Shown here piece after piece: positions 10,863 to 23,262 of a stretch of DNA of 64,000 nucleotides; positions within the stretch are counted from its first letter, which is position 1, and every line of letters begins with the position of its first letter. Under the pieces are notes generated by a model, which saw only the letters and a program-made list of their open reading frames with translations, was not told the DNA's origin and did not search any database. The DNA comes from Minutocellus sp. GHC0000111 (Eukaryota), in NCBI GenBank assembly GCA_977018835.1, contig OZ361256.1, forward strand, positions 4,340,001 to 4,404,000, given 5' to 3'. Both the position numbers and the translations under genes were made by a program.

Positions 10863-12170
10863 TCAGTATCCAATTTTCTTCCGGAGGGCAGTGACGACAT
10901 CTTGGAGGGCGGATATGGTAGCGTCGCGCTTCTCGAGGTCCTTGGTGAGCTTCTCGACTGCCTTGTCCTTGGCCTCGGAGACTTTGCTGAGGGAAATATT
11001 CCTCTTGTTCAAGGCCTTGAGCTCGGCCTTGAGACTTGCAATCTCCTCCCGTCGGGCCTCGTCCTGCTGCTCCATGTCGAGAACGAGCTGCTTGTTGGCC
11101 TCCTTGAGCATGCGATTTTCTCTCGTCAGCACTTGGATGCTGGACCGCCCCGCCTCGGCGGCCTCTTCCAGACCTTCGATGATATCATGAAGAGCCGTTG
11201 AGTCATCCCCGGTGCATTTGCTCGCAGAAGGATCGTCGTCCTCGTCTTGAACGTCGGATTTGTTGTCATCTTGCGACGGAGCTTGAACGTTCAATTCCTC
11301 GGCAAGTCTGCCGGTGAATGTGCCAAGTATTCCACTAAAGATATCACTGGAAGATGCCATACCAGGATCTGACGATCGTCGGCTCACTCCAGGTCTCAAG
11401 GTGAGAGAGCCCCGACGTTCAGCCCCGTGGTAGGAACGCCTTCTGTTCGATGCCGGAGCAGGTGCTCTCGAAGACGAAGTCGAAGCATCTCTGGACCCCC
11501 GACGGACCTTGTTGTTGTTGTTGGTAGATACGGCGGTTTTTGCAGCCCGAAACAATTCCGACATGAAAGCGAGAGATGGCTCGCCATCTTCGTTGCCCTC
11601 TTCGTAGTAATCTGCGATAATGTCGGAAATCTCGTCGGCGCTGTGCGAGCAACTGTGCTCGCCGTCCAGGGGTGCTTTTGTCTTGTTCAGATTCGTGGGG
11701 ACAAAGTAATCGTCAAAGCTGTGGCTCCTCTCGCTTCGTCCGCTACCGTGGTGCGAGTGGCGGCGTCCTTGGGTCGGTGCGGGCTTGGAATCTTGCGTCA
11801 CCCGAAGAGATTCTTCGAGGACAGATGGAGTCATATCCAGGCCGTCGAATTCGTCACCAATAATGACCGAGGTGGCTGACGTTCTTGAAGTTGCCTTTAT
11901 ATTGTTGTTGTTGTGGCCCGACAATTTCCGGCTTCGGGTCGAATCCGATCCATCTTGAGGCACCGGACCTTCACTCAAAAAGTTTTGAAGGGACCGGAAG
12001 GTGTCGGATCGAGTTGCAGACGGTCTTCTCCCGTCCGACGGTCTCCTTTTGGACTTGGCCTCAACAATTCCCGGCCCGGTCGAGTTGCGCCGTCCCTGAT
12101 TAATGCTCGATTTGCTCGATCGGCGGACCACCCGCTCGCACTTGATAACGACCGGCACGTCCATGTTCAT
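10863..12170 (-). CDS. Hypothetical RRxS-rich protein with C-terminal coiled coil (paralog A)
   Basis: 435-aa ORF. Shares LDMTPSVLEESL and SIQVLTRENRMLKEANK with the ORF at 12598. Confidence 0.7.
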   Translation of the reverse strand: MNMDVPVVIKCERVVRRSSKSSINQGRRNSTGPGIVEAKSKRRPSDGRRPSATRSDTFRSLQNFLSEGPVPQDGSDSTRSRKLSGHNNNNIKATSRTSATSVIIGDEFDGLDMTPSVLEESLRVTQDSKPAPTQGRRHSHHGSGRSERSHSFDDYFVPTNLNKTKAPLDGEHSCSHSADEISDIIADYYEEGNEDGEPSLAFMSELFRAAKTAVSTNNNNKVRRGSRDASTSSSRAPAPASNRRRSYHGAERRGSLTLRPGVSRRSSDPGMASSSDIFSGILGTFTGRLAEELNVQAPSQDDNKSDVQDEDDDPSASKCTGDDSTALHDIIEGLEEAAEAGRSSIQVLTRENRMLKEANKQLVLDMEQQDEARREEIASLKAELKALNKRNISLSKVSEAKDKAVEKLTKDLEKRDATISALQDVVTALRKKIGY

Positions 12171-12597
12171 CTGCTTGGCAGCACAATCAATTGTATAAAT
12201 ATAAGGTGTATCGATGCTTCAAGAACCATAAATGCTGCGCTGATAACACAAAGCACCATCCGCTGGCTTCGAGAAAGACCTTTTACATGTATGGGCATTG
12301 GGAGGTGAGAACAGCCACGACCGTCTGTCTCAAACTTGCCAACATTTATCCCTCGCATGAGATGATTTCTGAGAGTTGGAGAGGAAGGGCCTTGGGCGTG
12401 GTGAAATATTCGGAATTTTCTTGTGTGTACGTACCTAGGTACGTAGAGGTTCTTGTGTTTTTGACCTCTCTCTGATAAAAAGAAAAACTTGTTGGAAGCC
12501 CAATCCTCGCATAACACAGATAACATTAGGAATTCCTACTATTGCCGTCCATTGTACAGAATCTTCTCAACAATTTATTGTCACTTTTATCCAGAAA

Positions 12598-13830
12598 ATG
12601 GCAACCGTTGGCATCGTTCCATCCGTCATCAGTTGTGAAACGTCAAGCAGGCGCGGCGCCGGCAGTAGTAGTAGTAGTAGTAGGCCGAGGGCATCGAGAC
12701 GAGGCTCGACGGGAGGGATACTAGTAGGCATAACACAGCTACAATCGGACGAAATGGCCATGGCACCAAATGATCACGAAGGCAAGCCTCGGCGAAGGGC
12801 GAGCAACGACGGAGCTTCCTCCTACACGCCGACCTATCGCCGGTCAAGCAATGAGGTGCTCGACATCCTGTCAACTGCTCTTCACAAGAATGAACACGCT
12901 ACGAGTATTCCTCGGGAGTTATTGGACCTCGACGTGTCACCGACTGTTCTTCAGGAATCTCTCCAGGTTGCCGAAACGACCGCCAAGCAGCAGCGCCAAT
13001 ATTCGACCAGTAACATCAGTGCTGACGTCTGGAAGCCAAAAGTCAAAGCTAGTGACGACTCCAAGTCCTCTGGTTCTGGTCGTCGTTCCGAGCCACCGGT
13101 GACTAAAAAAGGAACAAACGGTGCCAACAGAAGTGAACGAAGCACGAAAAGCTCGCAACAAAGCCTAGATCAGCACAAAGTCTTTACATCATCGCATAGA
13201 GCTGCGAACAATGTGCCTGGCCGAAGACATCGTGGAAACAGCCCAACGAGCAACCCTACCATCACCAACTCTGCAATCACATCCAGGCGACGAAATTCTG
13301 CTCCTTGTGGGGAAAACACAATGAAACGACAAAAGCCTCCGCCGATTGAAGAGATTGTCTTTACTCCCCAAGAAATAACACTGCCTACCGAAGATGTGGA
13401 CAAGACTATCCTTGTCGACCCGCGAGATGATGAGATTGAAGATCTACAGCAAGCAGCCAAGTCAAGCCAACGCAGTATCCAAGTCCTGTCGAACGAAATA
13501 CGCATGCTCAAGGAGGCCAACAAGCGCCTTGCTCGAGAGAGGCAAGAGCAGGAGGAGGCATGGCAGAAAGAAATCGCGGATCTCAAAAATGAACTCAAGG
13601 CATGCTACAAGAAGAACATATGCCTGAGCAAATCCAGCAGAGCCGATGCCGCTACAATCGAACGGCTACAGCTGGAGCTCGACGGATGTTCACTCGATTT
13701 TGAGGATACGAATGGATCATTCGAAATACCATCGTTGCTTTGGAGCGCAGTCCCGAGTGCTCCAATAACCTCGAAATTCGCCAATGAGCCGCTTTTGCGG
13801 ATGATACTTACTTTTCGTGCCTTTTGTTGA
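12598..13830 (+). CDS. Hypothetical RRxS-rich coiled-coil protein (paralog B); C-terminal tail probably aberrant
   Basis: LDVSPTVLQESL and SIQVLSNEIRMLKEANK match paralog A. Confidence 0.7.
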   Translation: MATVGIVPSVISCETSSRRGAGSSSSSSRPRASRRGSTGGILVGITQLQSDEMAMAPNDHEGKPRRRASNDGASSYTPTYRRSSNEVLDILSTALHKNEHATSIPRELLDLDVSPTVLQESLQVAETTAKQQRQYSTSNISADVWKPKVKASDDSKSSGSGRRSEPPVTKKGTNGANRSERSTKSSQQSLDQHKVFTSSHRAANNVPGRRHRGNSPTSNPTITNSAITSRRRNSAPCGENTMKRQKPPPIEEIVFTPQEITLPTEDVDKTILVDPRDDEIEDLQQAAKSSQRSIQVLSNEIRMLKEANKRLARERQEQEEAWQKEIADLKNELKACYKKNICLSKSSRADAATIERLQLELDGCSLDFEDTNGSFEIPSLLWSAVPSAPITSKFANEPLLRMILTFRAFC

Positions 13831-14063
13831 GATGCAGCCGATCCGCCCGACGAGGATGCCGATGATCTACGACGAGGCACCATCTGCTTTCGGCTACCCC
13901 CATCGCTGACTCTGCGGCGACATTTGATTCGAATCTCTTCAATCGTTTCATGTTCGGAGCGAGGGGACGCGATTCCACCGGTTGAACCCCTACGAGGCGG
14001 CATTGTGTGCTTGGGTCCCGGCCTCGCCGGCGAGCTCGTCGTCGAATCCCTCGGAGCATTCAT
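13685..14063 (-). pseudogene. Truncated N-terminus of a third paralog (C)
   Basis: RRGSTGG, RRRVSDGG and EVIGALGTALQSND resemble RRGSTGG, RRRASNDG and EVLDILSTALHKNE in paralog B. Confidence 0.5.
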
Positions 14064-14684
14064 CGTCCCACCGCCACCAAAAAATGTATTGCCTGCCTCG
14101 CCAATCGCACCCAAAAACCTCAAGTGGCAATCACAACCATAAAAATATGTGTACCAGTACATGTATGGTGGTCATGCCAACCGGAAGGCAAAGCAACGGT
14201 TGGCGTGCGTGGCACCTTGGGCGTGTTCAAGGAAGGTGCATGCATCCGACCGTGACTGTGTCGAAAGTGACGAAATGACTTGGCTGCTTTCTTTTTCTGT
14301 GCGGAGAAAATACGTGGCCTCCTCGACATACAACTTGTGCCCAGCCGTCGCCCCATAGACTCTGCTGCCCCATACAGGCCTGTAGACTCTGCTAGCGTAC
14401 GGTAGATACAAGGCCTAGCTACGGAGCTGTGTAGATTTCATGTGTCTGCATGTGGATAAATGTAGCATAAGTACCGTATTCAGTTATTACATTCGTTCTT
14501 CTGATGCCATCCTGTAGATCTAGATCTACCTAGGTACAGTGTACCGGTACCGGTTATATATAGAGTCTAGGTGCGATCCATCTCGGGATGAAGCTAAAAT
14601 AAAAGCCGGTAAAGAATTGTCGCCTGCCCTTTGTCGCCTTTCCATTGAAGGCCCATCATTTCCCTCTGGCGATGAGTGTCATCA

Positions 14685-15879
14685 TCAAAGCTCATTGGAG
14701 TCTGTCATATCACTGGGGCAACTTTGCCTCCAACCAGGAGGAAACGCGAATGGCCATGGATTCCAACAAAATTGATTGAACTGGAGCACAAATCGATCTG
14801 GTAGGAGCGGCATGATGACTCTGAAGGTCAAATAATTCATGAGCCCAGGCATTGCAATACCACCGCCAATCTCCATCATCTGAACAGCTCGCTTGGCAAC
14901 GTCTTTGCTCGAACTAACGGTTCCGAGAGGAAAATTCCACAGGCCTGCGCTTGCCATGCCACTATTGGCTGCGAATGGTGTATCAGTGGCGCCAGGGCAG
15001 AGTGTGGTGACGGATATACCCAATGGGTTCAACTCGATCGCAAGGCTTTGTCCCAAGGAACGCCCAAAGGCCTTGGTCGCTGCATAAAGTGTAGTACCAA
15101 GCACGCTACTAACAATCAAGATATGCGGTGGCAGCACTGCTGCCGCTGCAATTTCTTGCCGTCGATGGTCGAGAGCAGCCATGTCCTTGCCGTACAAGGA
15201 CGCAAGAACTGCCGTGCTTTCAACATTGATCCGAATCGTTCTCTCGATATCGTCGCCAAGCAATATATGTTTGTTTGTCGGCCCATAACCGGCGGCAAGT
15301 ACAATCTGCGCTACTGTCAAATTGGCCGAAGTTGTTTTCTCATGCAACCTCCTCGCTTCCCCTGGCTGGGCAAAATCGGCTCTCATGGTGATGACTGATA
15401 CATCATGTTCGGATCGTATGCTTGCAGCTATTCTTTCTAATTCATCTGGCTTGTCTTTTTGAGCACCATGCCGCTTATCTCGAGCTACCAGTATGAGTGG
15501 TACGTCATTATTTGCCAGTGCCATTGCAATGCATATCTCTGCCAATACCCGACGAAGCGCCAGTCACCAAGGCATATTCGTCCGAGGGATATTGTGCTGT
15601 TGGTGAAGATGGCCAAGCATGCCGACACCGATATCGATAGTCTTGCACAAAGGAAACCAAGAAAAGAGGTAGAGTCGGCAGCAGCAATAGGGCCGCAAGT
15701 CGTCGATAAGTAGTAGTGGTGGTTCGCTTTTCGGCTACTTTCGTTCTGGCGCCGAAAGCAAATGCGATGGAGAGAAGAAGTAGAATTGGAGGGACGGCTG
15801 GAGGGAGAGATATAATGACCGACTGAATAAAGGCGTACAATAAGTGCAGGGTATCCGCCGGGATATTCATCGCGGTCAT
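14685..15879 (-). pseudogene. Short-chain dehydrogenase/reductase, frameshifted near 15540
   Basis: ALVTGASSGIG in ORF 15508-15879; YAATK and LCPGATDT in ORF 14685-15545. The segment before YxxxK looks shortened. Confidence 0.8.
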
Positions 15880-16207
15880 GAGCGCAGCTGCGCAGGCGAG
15901 GCGTCGTCTGCTTTTCAGCTTCTTCGTATCTTGTTATGTTTGACTCATTCGAACGGATCCGGCGATAAGCAAGGATTTATTTCGTCTTGCCGTCAATCCG
16001 TCTCAGCTCAAGGCCGGCCTGGCACCATGGCGTCCACTCACTGGATTCGCCGCTGTTAGCGCCGCTGCTTCTCGAGTACAGCCAGCTTAATAGCCCGCTG
16101 AACCGCAGTTTATACACCCGGTCTCTGCTGATTACCTGCCGCGCATAATACTATTACAATTTTCGGGTAATCGCTTTTTGACGTATAAATAAATTGGTAC
16201 TGTCAAA

Positions 16208-16690
16208 ATGTCCGACGACGAGCAGCCCAAGAAGAAGAAGGCCCGCACTTCCGAGGGTGGGGACAACGCCGGAAAGGGAGAGAAGACGTACGAGGATCGC
16301 ATCAAGGCGATCAACGTTATCTCTTCCCCGCTGGCCTCCAAGAAGTCTACCAAGCGCATCCACAAGCTGGTCCGGAAGGCCAGCTCGGCCAAGCACGTCC
16401 GTCGGGGTGTCAAGGAATTGGTCAAGGGAGTTCGGAAGGGCGACAAGGGACTGGCCATCATCGCCGGTGATATCTTCCCCATTGACGTCGTTAGCCATCT
16501 TCCCGTCATGCTGGAAGAGAACGGCATCCCGTATCTGTTCGTGCCCAGCAAGCAGGATTTGGGTGCCGCCGCCAGTACCAAGCGTCCCACCAGCTGCGTC
16601 CTCGTCAAGACGCCCAAGAAGGGATTCGAGGCCATGGATATCTACGAGGGTTTGGTCAAGGAGGCCAAGGAGTATGATCCGTCTAATTAG
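16208..16690 (+). CDS. NHP2: H/ACA ribonucleoprotein complex subunit 2 (L7Ae family)
   Basis: RRGVKELVK, IAGDIFPIDVVSHLP and LGAAASTKRPTSC motifs. Confidence 0.93.
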   Translation: MSDDEQPKKKKARTSEGGDNAGKGEKTYEDRIKAINVISSPLASKKSTKRIHKLVRKASSAKHVRRGVKELVKGVRKGDKGLAIIAGDIFPIDVVSHLPVMLEENGIPYLFVPSKQDLGAAASTKRPTSCVLVKTPKKGFEAMDIYEGLVKEAKEYDPSN

Positions 16691-16923
16691 TCGAAAGTTC
16701 AGATAATTGCTTAAATAAATCATTCAAGAAGGACAAGGACTGCGATGAACGGGTCTTGTATCTTCAGGCAAATTCTGAGCCATGTAATGATCAGAGCACC
16801 TGAAGCTCAACTCGGAGTGCTGTTGAATTCATAACATTGTAAATTTACATAGGAGACATCTTATCATTTCTTTCAGGGCATGCATGTACTCCACGCACAG
16901 AAGTTCCACGCTGAAAAGGCCCG

Positions 16924-17325
16924 GTGTTTATTCTTTCGGCGCAATCGAAACGTTTCAGAGACACCTTCCTGTCTCCCCGATTCATCATGATAGCCTTGTC
17001 TCTTCTCCGCAGCGCTACCTCTCAGCAGGGAATAAAACAAATGTGGGCACAACCCTCGCATAAAGTTTTCACTCTTTCTGGAATCTTTTCAGGCAACTCC
17101 TTTGATGATCAAATAATTTCTTTGTTGAAGGAGCAAAACGAACTTTTGAAGGCCCAAACAAAGTTGCTGAAGAGAATGGCCGCGAAATCAGGAGGGGCTG
17201 AAGCAAACCTCACAACTCAGGCGGAAGCTGGTGCCGTCGATGAAAAGCGTTTGGCTCGTCTGGCCTTCAAACGAAGGAAAGCGGCCAGAGACCTCAAGAA
17301 AGGTAAACAAACCAAAGAAGAATAA
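16924..17325 (+). CDS. Small hypothetical protein (start uncertain)
   Basis: Open frame with coiled-coil-like and basic C-terminus; no recognised domain. Confidence 0.3.
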   Translation: MFILSAQSKRFRDTFLSPRFIMIALSLLRSATSQQGIKQMWAQPSHKVFTLSGIFSGNSFDDQIISLLKEQNELLKAQTKLLKRMAAKSGGAEANLTTQAEAGAVDEKRLARLAFKRRKAARDLKKGKQTKEE

Positions 17326-17546
17326 CTCATACTAGTAGAACTTCTTTTTCGCTGAAGCTCCACATCACCCTCGAACATTTCCGGCAGCTCTAATAAGTAC
17401 CGCCTCTATCAAATTAGAATCAAACACTATTACAAAACTAGTTTTATTCAATTCACATATTTCAGCGTACCATGGTACCATGACCATCGTTGAGTATAAT
17501 ACTCAAAAGAGAGCAAAAGATACAACAAGAGAACTTACGCCTGCAC

Positions 17547-18365
17547 TTAAGTACTTGAAAGATGCCGCCGAGGAGGTGTCGCCACCTTCTCCCGACATAC
17601 TTCCAGTCGCTCCACTGCTACTTTCCCTATCGCTTTCAAAGCACTTGGATAGTCGTATCCTGCCGGTCCAAGTCCGTAGGCCGAGCAGAACTTATCGGGA
17701 TTGCCGGTCATGACCTCCAAAACCTGTCCCGAAACGTCACCACACTCGGCCGCTCCACCCTCCTCGCACAGTCGGATGCGAACGATGCTCTGCTCCTTCT
17801 CTCTGCTGACGGCCGCGGCATTGTAAAGCTGCTGTCCGACGCCGGCCATCTCGGAGGCACCGGGCTCGGAAGCAAAGTAGACCTTCATGGCATTGTAGCA
17901 GTCGGTTTGACTCCCGCCCATATCGGACGAGCAGACGATGGTCTCACCGTCCACCACGATTTCATCCTTGAGCTCCATCTTGCCGGCCATCATGTCCGAC
18001 TCGTCGTAAAACTGGGGAAACCCAGCCTTGATGCTGGACGCGACCGATCCGTCGTCAAATCGCAGATAGTTGACAAATCCAGAAACGGAACCGCCGGTTC
18101 CGTCGGGGCTGGGGAAGATACTCTCCAACATGCCGGGATCGATGGCCTCGTCCTTGATCTTGTACAAGTCCAGACACTCCTGCGAGGCGATGGACCAAGG
18201 GATGAGATCGCCGTCGCCCAGCTGGCCGTAGGCGACGCAGTCCGCTGGATCGGCCGAGGAGAAGCTGCATTGGCAGGGAATCACATGTTGAGAGAGGGCG
18301 CCGACAAGCGAGGGGAGAAATATGGCGGCGCTGCTGGCCAAAAAGAGAGAATGAAACAGATTCAT
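17547..18365 (-). CDS. Secreted Cys-containing hypothetical protein
   Basis: MNLFHSLFLASSAAIFLPSLVGA signal peptide; strong GC3 bias. Confidence 0.7.
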   Translation of the reverse strand: MNLFHSLFLASSAAIFLPSLVGALSQHVIPCQCSFSSADPADCVAYGQLGDGDLIPWSIASQECLDLYKIKDEAIDPGMLESIFPSPDGTGGSVSGFVNYLRFDDGSVASSIKAGFPQFYDESDMMAGKMELKDEIVVDGETIVCSSDMGGSQTDCYNAMKVYFASEPGASEMAGVGQQLYNAAAVSREKEQSIVRIRLCEEGGAAECGDVSGQVLEVMTGNPDKFCSAYGLGPAGYDYPSALKAIGKVAVERLEVCREKVATPPRRHLSST

Positions 18366-18687
18366 GGTATTGTGATGGATGCGCTTATGCTTCTGTTGCT
18401 GCCGAGATATCCTCATCAGCGAGGAACGAGGAACACTGACGAACCCAACAATGGTCCTCGCAATCTCATCAGATTGCATCATTGCGGCCTGCGAGCCTTG
18501 CCTTTTTGGCGTTCCGTACGTACGCTACGAGCAGCCCGCGTTTCCGTTGACCCGCCAAAGTGAGCGAAGTCACAACTCAACTCTTCGGCGGCAAGGAGCA
18601 CACAAGGAGCAAGTCTTGGGGGCTTGCTCTACGCTCTGCTCTACGTAACTGTACGGTTGGGCGGGAGGCGAAAGCTGGTCTGCAAGC

Positions 18688-19992
18688 ATGCGCGCTGTAT
18701 CTTTCTACTTTGGGGCGGCAGCTGCCATCGGTGGCTGCTGCGCCTTCCTCCTGTTTCTCTCAGATGATTCGTCTTGGGATTCTATCAGGGTCTACTTTCC
18801 CGCCCATCAAGGTCACAAGCATGGTGGTGATGTTCCAGTACCGGATACAAAAGGACTTCGGTATAATGACAATAGCCTTGCCCTGGCCACCTCCAGCCCA
18901 AACCCCCAGTGGCGCCGGTTGGACCATAGACCATCGTCGTTTGGCACCAAGCAGCTCATTCTCGAACCCGAATTCGCCACTTTTATCTCAAAGTCCGCGC
19001 CGGACAGAAACTTTCGACGCGATTCTTTCGTCGAGGTGGACGACGATCCGGATCGGAAGGACATCGTCATAGGTTTCTCGGGTAATTCCTTTCTAAGTCA
19101 AGTCAGATCCGTCACGCTCGAGATGGACTGTACCAACGAGTCGGACGATGCCGGCACGATATATGAGAGTGATGAACACATGTCTTAATTTGCCACCTGG
19201 AATAATAGGCCGTCGGACTACAAAGCACATCTGACCAAGGTCGGACGTGTCGGGGTAGTGTACAAGGGCAAGACAGCCAAGATCGATGTATCTGATCTAA
19301 TCAACTTTGGACGACTTCATTCCGAGATTACCCTTGTCATCCGTCCCGAGAGCAAGAATGGCGCCAAGTTCGAAAGCGATAGTATTCGACTTGTCGTTCG
19401 GTATGGTGGCAAGAATAACGAGGATGACGGCGGCGACGACGAAGACGATACAGACGGAGATATGGATGATCAGGACGGCGGTAAAGGCGGTAGCGTCTCC
19501 CAGTCAAGTCCATTTCAGCTCATGATGTGGTGGGAGCGAGACTATTTTTGGCAGGAGACTTTTTCGCGCCGGCGATGGTGCGCCACCTGCGGCAAGGGAG
19601 AGGGAAAGCGCTGCAAGGAGGGCGAGCATGTTCGCATAGTCAAATGCAACTTCAAGGACAAGGTGCAGCACTGGATCCGCGACGGTAGTCGGATCTGTGC
19701 CTATACCGATAAGTCGCTGTGCTGGGACTATGGCACACGAGACTTTACCCTTCGGAGGCGCAAGTCGTCATCGGCGACTCAAGACTTCCTGGCAAGGCCA
19801 TTCTTTTCCATCCGAAAGAATGTTAACAAGACGTATCGTTTCGAGCTACGACGACGGACAAAGTCCGGGTGTGTCACGCAGCTGCATCATCCCAAGAGCT
19901 ACGAATATCTCATGAGCAGACGATGCGAACTGGCTCGGAATAGCAAGACGTCCTGGTGGGTGGCTGTCGTCCCAAAGATTGACGGCCACTAG
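18688..19992 (+). pseudogene. DNRLRE/CBM96-like plus ricin-B-like protein with one in-frame TAA (19186-19188)
   Basis: ATFI..APDRNF and TWNNRP. The Cys/Trp-rich C-terminal domain (WCATC, QHW, LCWD, CVTQLHHPK) is in the same frame across the stop. Confidence 0.55.
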
Positions 19993-20164
19993 TAGACTGG
20001 CATAATCATGTATATTTATTTGATGTGACTTGCTTGTCATCATGGTAAGGTGCTAGCTGTTCCAAAATTGAAGCAAGTTGTGTGGGTAAGCTCTGTAATT
20101 TTACAATTAGATTATTTTATGCGTCGGTTCATTCATATGAGTTCGTTGTATTTGGCCGGTCTGA

Positions 20165-20728
20165 CTAGGTGGGCCAATATCTGTTGTATTTGATGTAGTG
20201 GAAGACAAAAATTCTCAAGCGAGAGGAGCTGGCAAATGAAGAGGACGGGCCAGCACAAGTGTACAAAATGCTCGTTGTTTTGGGAGCTGCATCCTTCGGG
20301 GCCTTGGTATCACCCGAAGCAGACGGCTTTGCGTCTTCGCCATCATCATCAATCGTCATGGCCTCCAGTTTCTTTGCTGCCTCCTCGGCCTTGATCTTGG
20401 CCTCAACGTCGGCGGCAGTCATGGACAAAGTCTTGCGAATTTGGTTCCATGCCTCCTCGTCCAGAGGGGCGTCGAGCTGTTCGTAACCAAATGTCGATCC
20501 CATGCCAGAATAGTAGCCCGTGTAGTACGAGGGTCTGTAAGTTGATCCTCCGGAGCCTGCGGTTGAGCCTGCCTTCGAGTTGGCTATGATGTCAGAAGGT
20601 CGAACCATTCTTGCCGGTTGTGTGGGAGGTTGGTCTGATGGTGTACTTGTTGGCGTGGAAGATGCCGGTTTGGACTCAGGTGGTATCTCCTTTTGCTGCT
20701 CGTCGCTTGGACGACGATTGCTTGACAT
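20165..20728 (-). CDS. Hypothetical protein
   Basis: 187-aa ORF with protein-like composition; no domain recognised. Confidence 0.45.
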   Translation of the reverse strand: MSSNRRPSDEQQKEIPPESKPASSTPTSTPSDQPPTQPARMVRPSDIIANSKAGSTAGSGGSTYRPSYYTGYYSGMGSTFGYEQLDAPLDEEAWNQIRKTLSMTAADVEAKIKAEEAAKKLEAMTIDDDGEDAKPSASGDTKAPKDAAPKTTSILYTCAGPSSSFASSSRLRIFVFHYIKYNRYWPT

Positions 20729-20830
20729 AAAAAGATGAAATTGTGTGAAGAGCCGTTCGTTTGACGCGATCGAACTGGCAGAGATTGTGTGTTTGCTGGA
20801 TGGTGATTTGCTCTTTGGATGGTGCTATGA

Positions 20831-20880
20831 GATTTGATTGTGCTTTGCTGATTTGATTGTGCTTTGCTGATTTGATTGTG
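20831..20880. repeat. 19-bp tandem repeat (gatttgattgtgctttgct) x2.6
   Basis: Read directly, upstream of the 20728 ATG. Confidence 0.85.
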
Positions 20881-21958
20881 TGAGATGAGCTCGACTCTGT
20901 GCGGCGTGGTGATAAAATGCATGTTTTCTTCGTTGATCTGTTCGCGTCGTCAGCACTCTTTGACTGTGGTGTGAATTTTGAGAACCGCAATTCGTAAAGA
21001 CATTGTGTGGGACCTCTATGTTAGGAATTCGTTTGAACACCTTTTCCAAAAGTCATAGCACAATTGCACCAAGTAAGTACACAAGCAGTACCGGTAGCAA
21101 CTTATTTGCTGCTGCTGGTGCAATAGATCTACATGTACACGTAGATCTAAAGGCAGACAACCAACACATGTAGATCTATAATTCCTACATTCATTTATAG
21201 GAGTCCGTCCTCGCAACAAATTGCACCGTACTTCGTTGGAGGTGGCAAGTCGGTGGTTGCCATCTCTACCCTCGCTCCTTTATTCCTTCTCACGGCTAGT
21301 GACATCAATGAACCCCATTCCAGACCAGGGTGTGCGGAGGAGGGCCACATTAGTGGCATCCTGGTTGCCGTCGGCAGAATCCGTGATGGATTACCGACAA
21401 CACGAAGGCACTCACAACCCGGCTACGAAGTAGTGCACCATGCCGGGGGGTTCGCCAACATCATGACTCCGAGTATTAGTGACGGGACATGTCCGCGCTT
21501 TGCGGCGGCGCTGTCGCACTTCCAACAGCGTTACACGAGCGCGTCGATACGCATAGCTACCCGAAGGGTAAGTTGCCGCTCCTGCTATTTGGCAGGAGGA
21601 CTGGTTTGCCATGTTAACCCACTCTCAATTCCACGATACCGCAGCGAGCAAGTCACATTATCACGCTGGGAAACATTGTCTCTCCCATCACGACGTTACT
21701 CCCCCCCTGACGTTGCATGGGAGGCGACGATATGTACCGCGCAGTTCGGTCATAACTGCTGGACTGAATGTGGCGAATGCATTCCGAGAGGCCTGTGCTA
21801 CTTGTATGAGGTCGCAAGTAGCACCGGTCAAGCTGCTCCGCAAGGGCAGCTCTGATGCAGAGTTCGGCTACAGGTATTTATTATCTGGCTCTCTTTGGAT
21901 TTGTTCAAATAGATTTAAGCTTTACTTTAGCGGGACGACACCACCACCACTTCGTTGC

Positions 21959-23196
21959 CTAAAACTTGAGAACATCCTCTGCTCGGAATCCCAATTCTCT
22001 CAAAGCACACCCATACGGCAGAGGACCGTCATCTTCCCTCGGACCGCATAGGTCATTGTAAAATCCAGGCGGCCCGCAGACCCATACCTTGCAGTCCTGC
22101 CTCCTTCCACTGCTATCGGTGCCACGTCGAAAGATCTCTTCGTGCGTCATGAGGGCAATGACTCCCTTGTTGATCATCCCATCCACAACAATCTCGTGCC
22201 CATTTTTGGCTCTGGCCTTTCCATCCGACAGTGCATGAACAACTTTCAATCTGTTCCCCGAACGCTTGGCTAGGCCGCTTAGCTCCTTTCGAAGGTATAT
22301 GTCCTTCTTGGTTCGACTCCCGTACAACAAAATAACATTGATATCGCTTCCCTCGTCATCATCCTCATCAGAACCGAATAATCTCTGCAGGGCCTGATAC
22401 ATTGGCGTAATGCCCGTACCAGCCGCCAGCATGATTATTGTTTTGGGTTTCCCGAATGGATACTGAGGTGGAGAGGGAACGTGAAAATAATTGTAAGATT
22501 CGATAGTCAAGCGAATGGAGATGATGATTGAGTCGGCATGTATTTTATATTCTTTCGTTGTCCATGATACACGTTAGCACGTACCAATTCCTTGATGTTC
22601 TTGGGTATTTGTCGAAACAGCATGCAGTCTCCCTTTTTTAATTTGTCAAAGCAATTTCCCATGGCCCCGTTGGGATAATGCTTCACCAACAATTCGAAAT
22701 GCCCCCTGGCATGTCGCGACGAAATTGGAGTGTACGGTCTGGTCAGTGTTTCGTCGTCGGGCGGGGATACCACCAGACACGAGCAGATTGGTATCCCGAG
22801 CGTTATGTCCGACGATGATTTACTAGTCGTTCCATTCGAATTGGTCGAGAAGGTGTAACGAACTGTGTCGCGTGATACCCGCTTCTTGGACAGCAATGGC
22901 AGCGGGGTGCTTTGGCCCTCGAGCCATGGCCGGGCGGCGGCATCTGAAAGGCCTAGAGGCGGTGCTGGCGACGATGCGGTTGCAGCGTTAGCTAATGCCA
23001 CGACAGCCAATAATACTACTTCGAGAAAGATCCCGATGCCTCTGGTGGAGGAGAAGAGTTTGATCACACTCATGGTACGCCACGGGCAAGTGCGACACCT
23101 ACAGGGACTACCGCTTGCTTTCTGGCAACTGCTGCCGCGGCCCTCATTTATTGCTATTGACTTTACCATCGCTCGATGATCAGGATATGAGCTCAA
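21959..23196 (-). CDS. NADH-cytochrome b5 reductase-like protein, intron ~22463-22584
   Basis: RPYTP, LLVKHYPNGAM, MLAAGTGITPMYQ and VCGPPGF motifs; gtacgt...cag intron. Start uncertain. Confidence 0.88.
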
Positions 23197-23262
23197 AAAA
23201 ACGCGAATGGCAATCGAAGGAATTGCAGAATCGACGGCCGAACCCCCATCGCATCTTCAACA

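Noticed and set aside
17562..18563. 333-aa plus-strand ORF
   Set aside because: Antisense shadow of the GC3-rich secreted-protein gene.
21253..21855. 200-aa ORF
   Set aside because: No ATG start, recognisable domain or clear codon bias; left uncalled.
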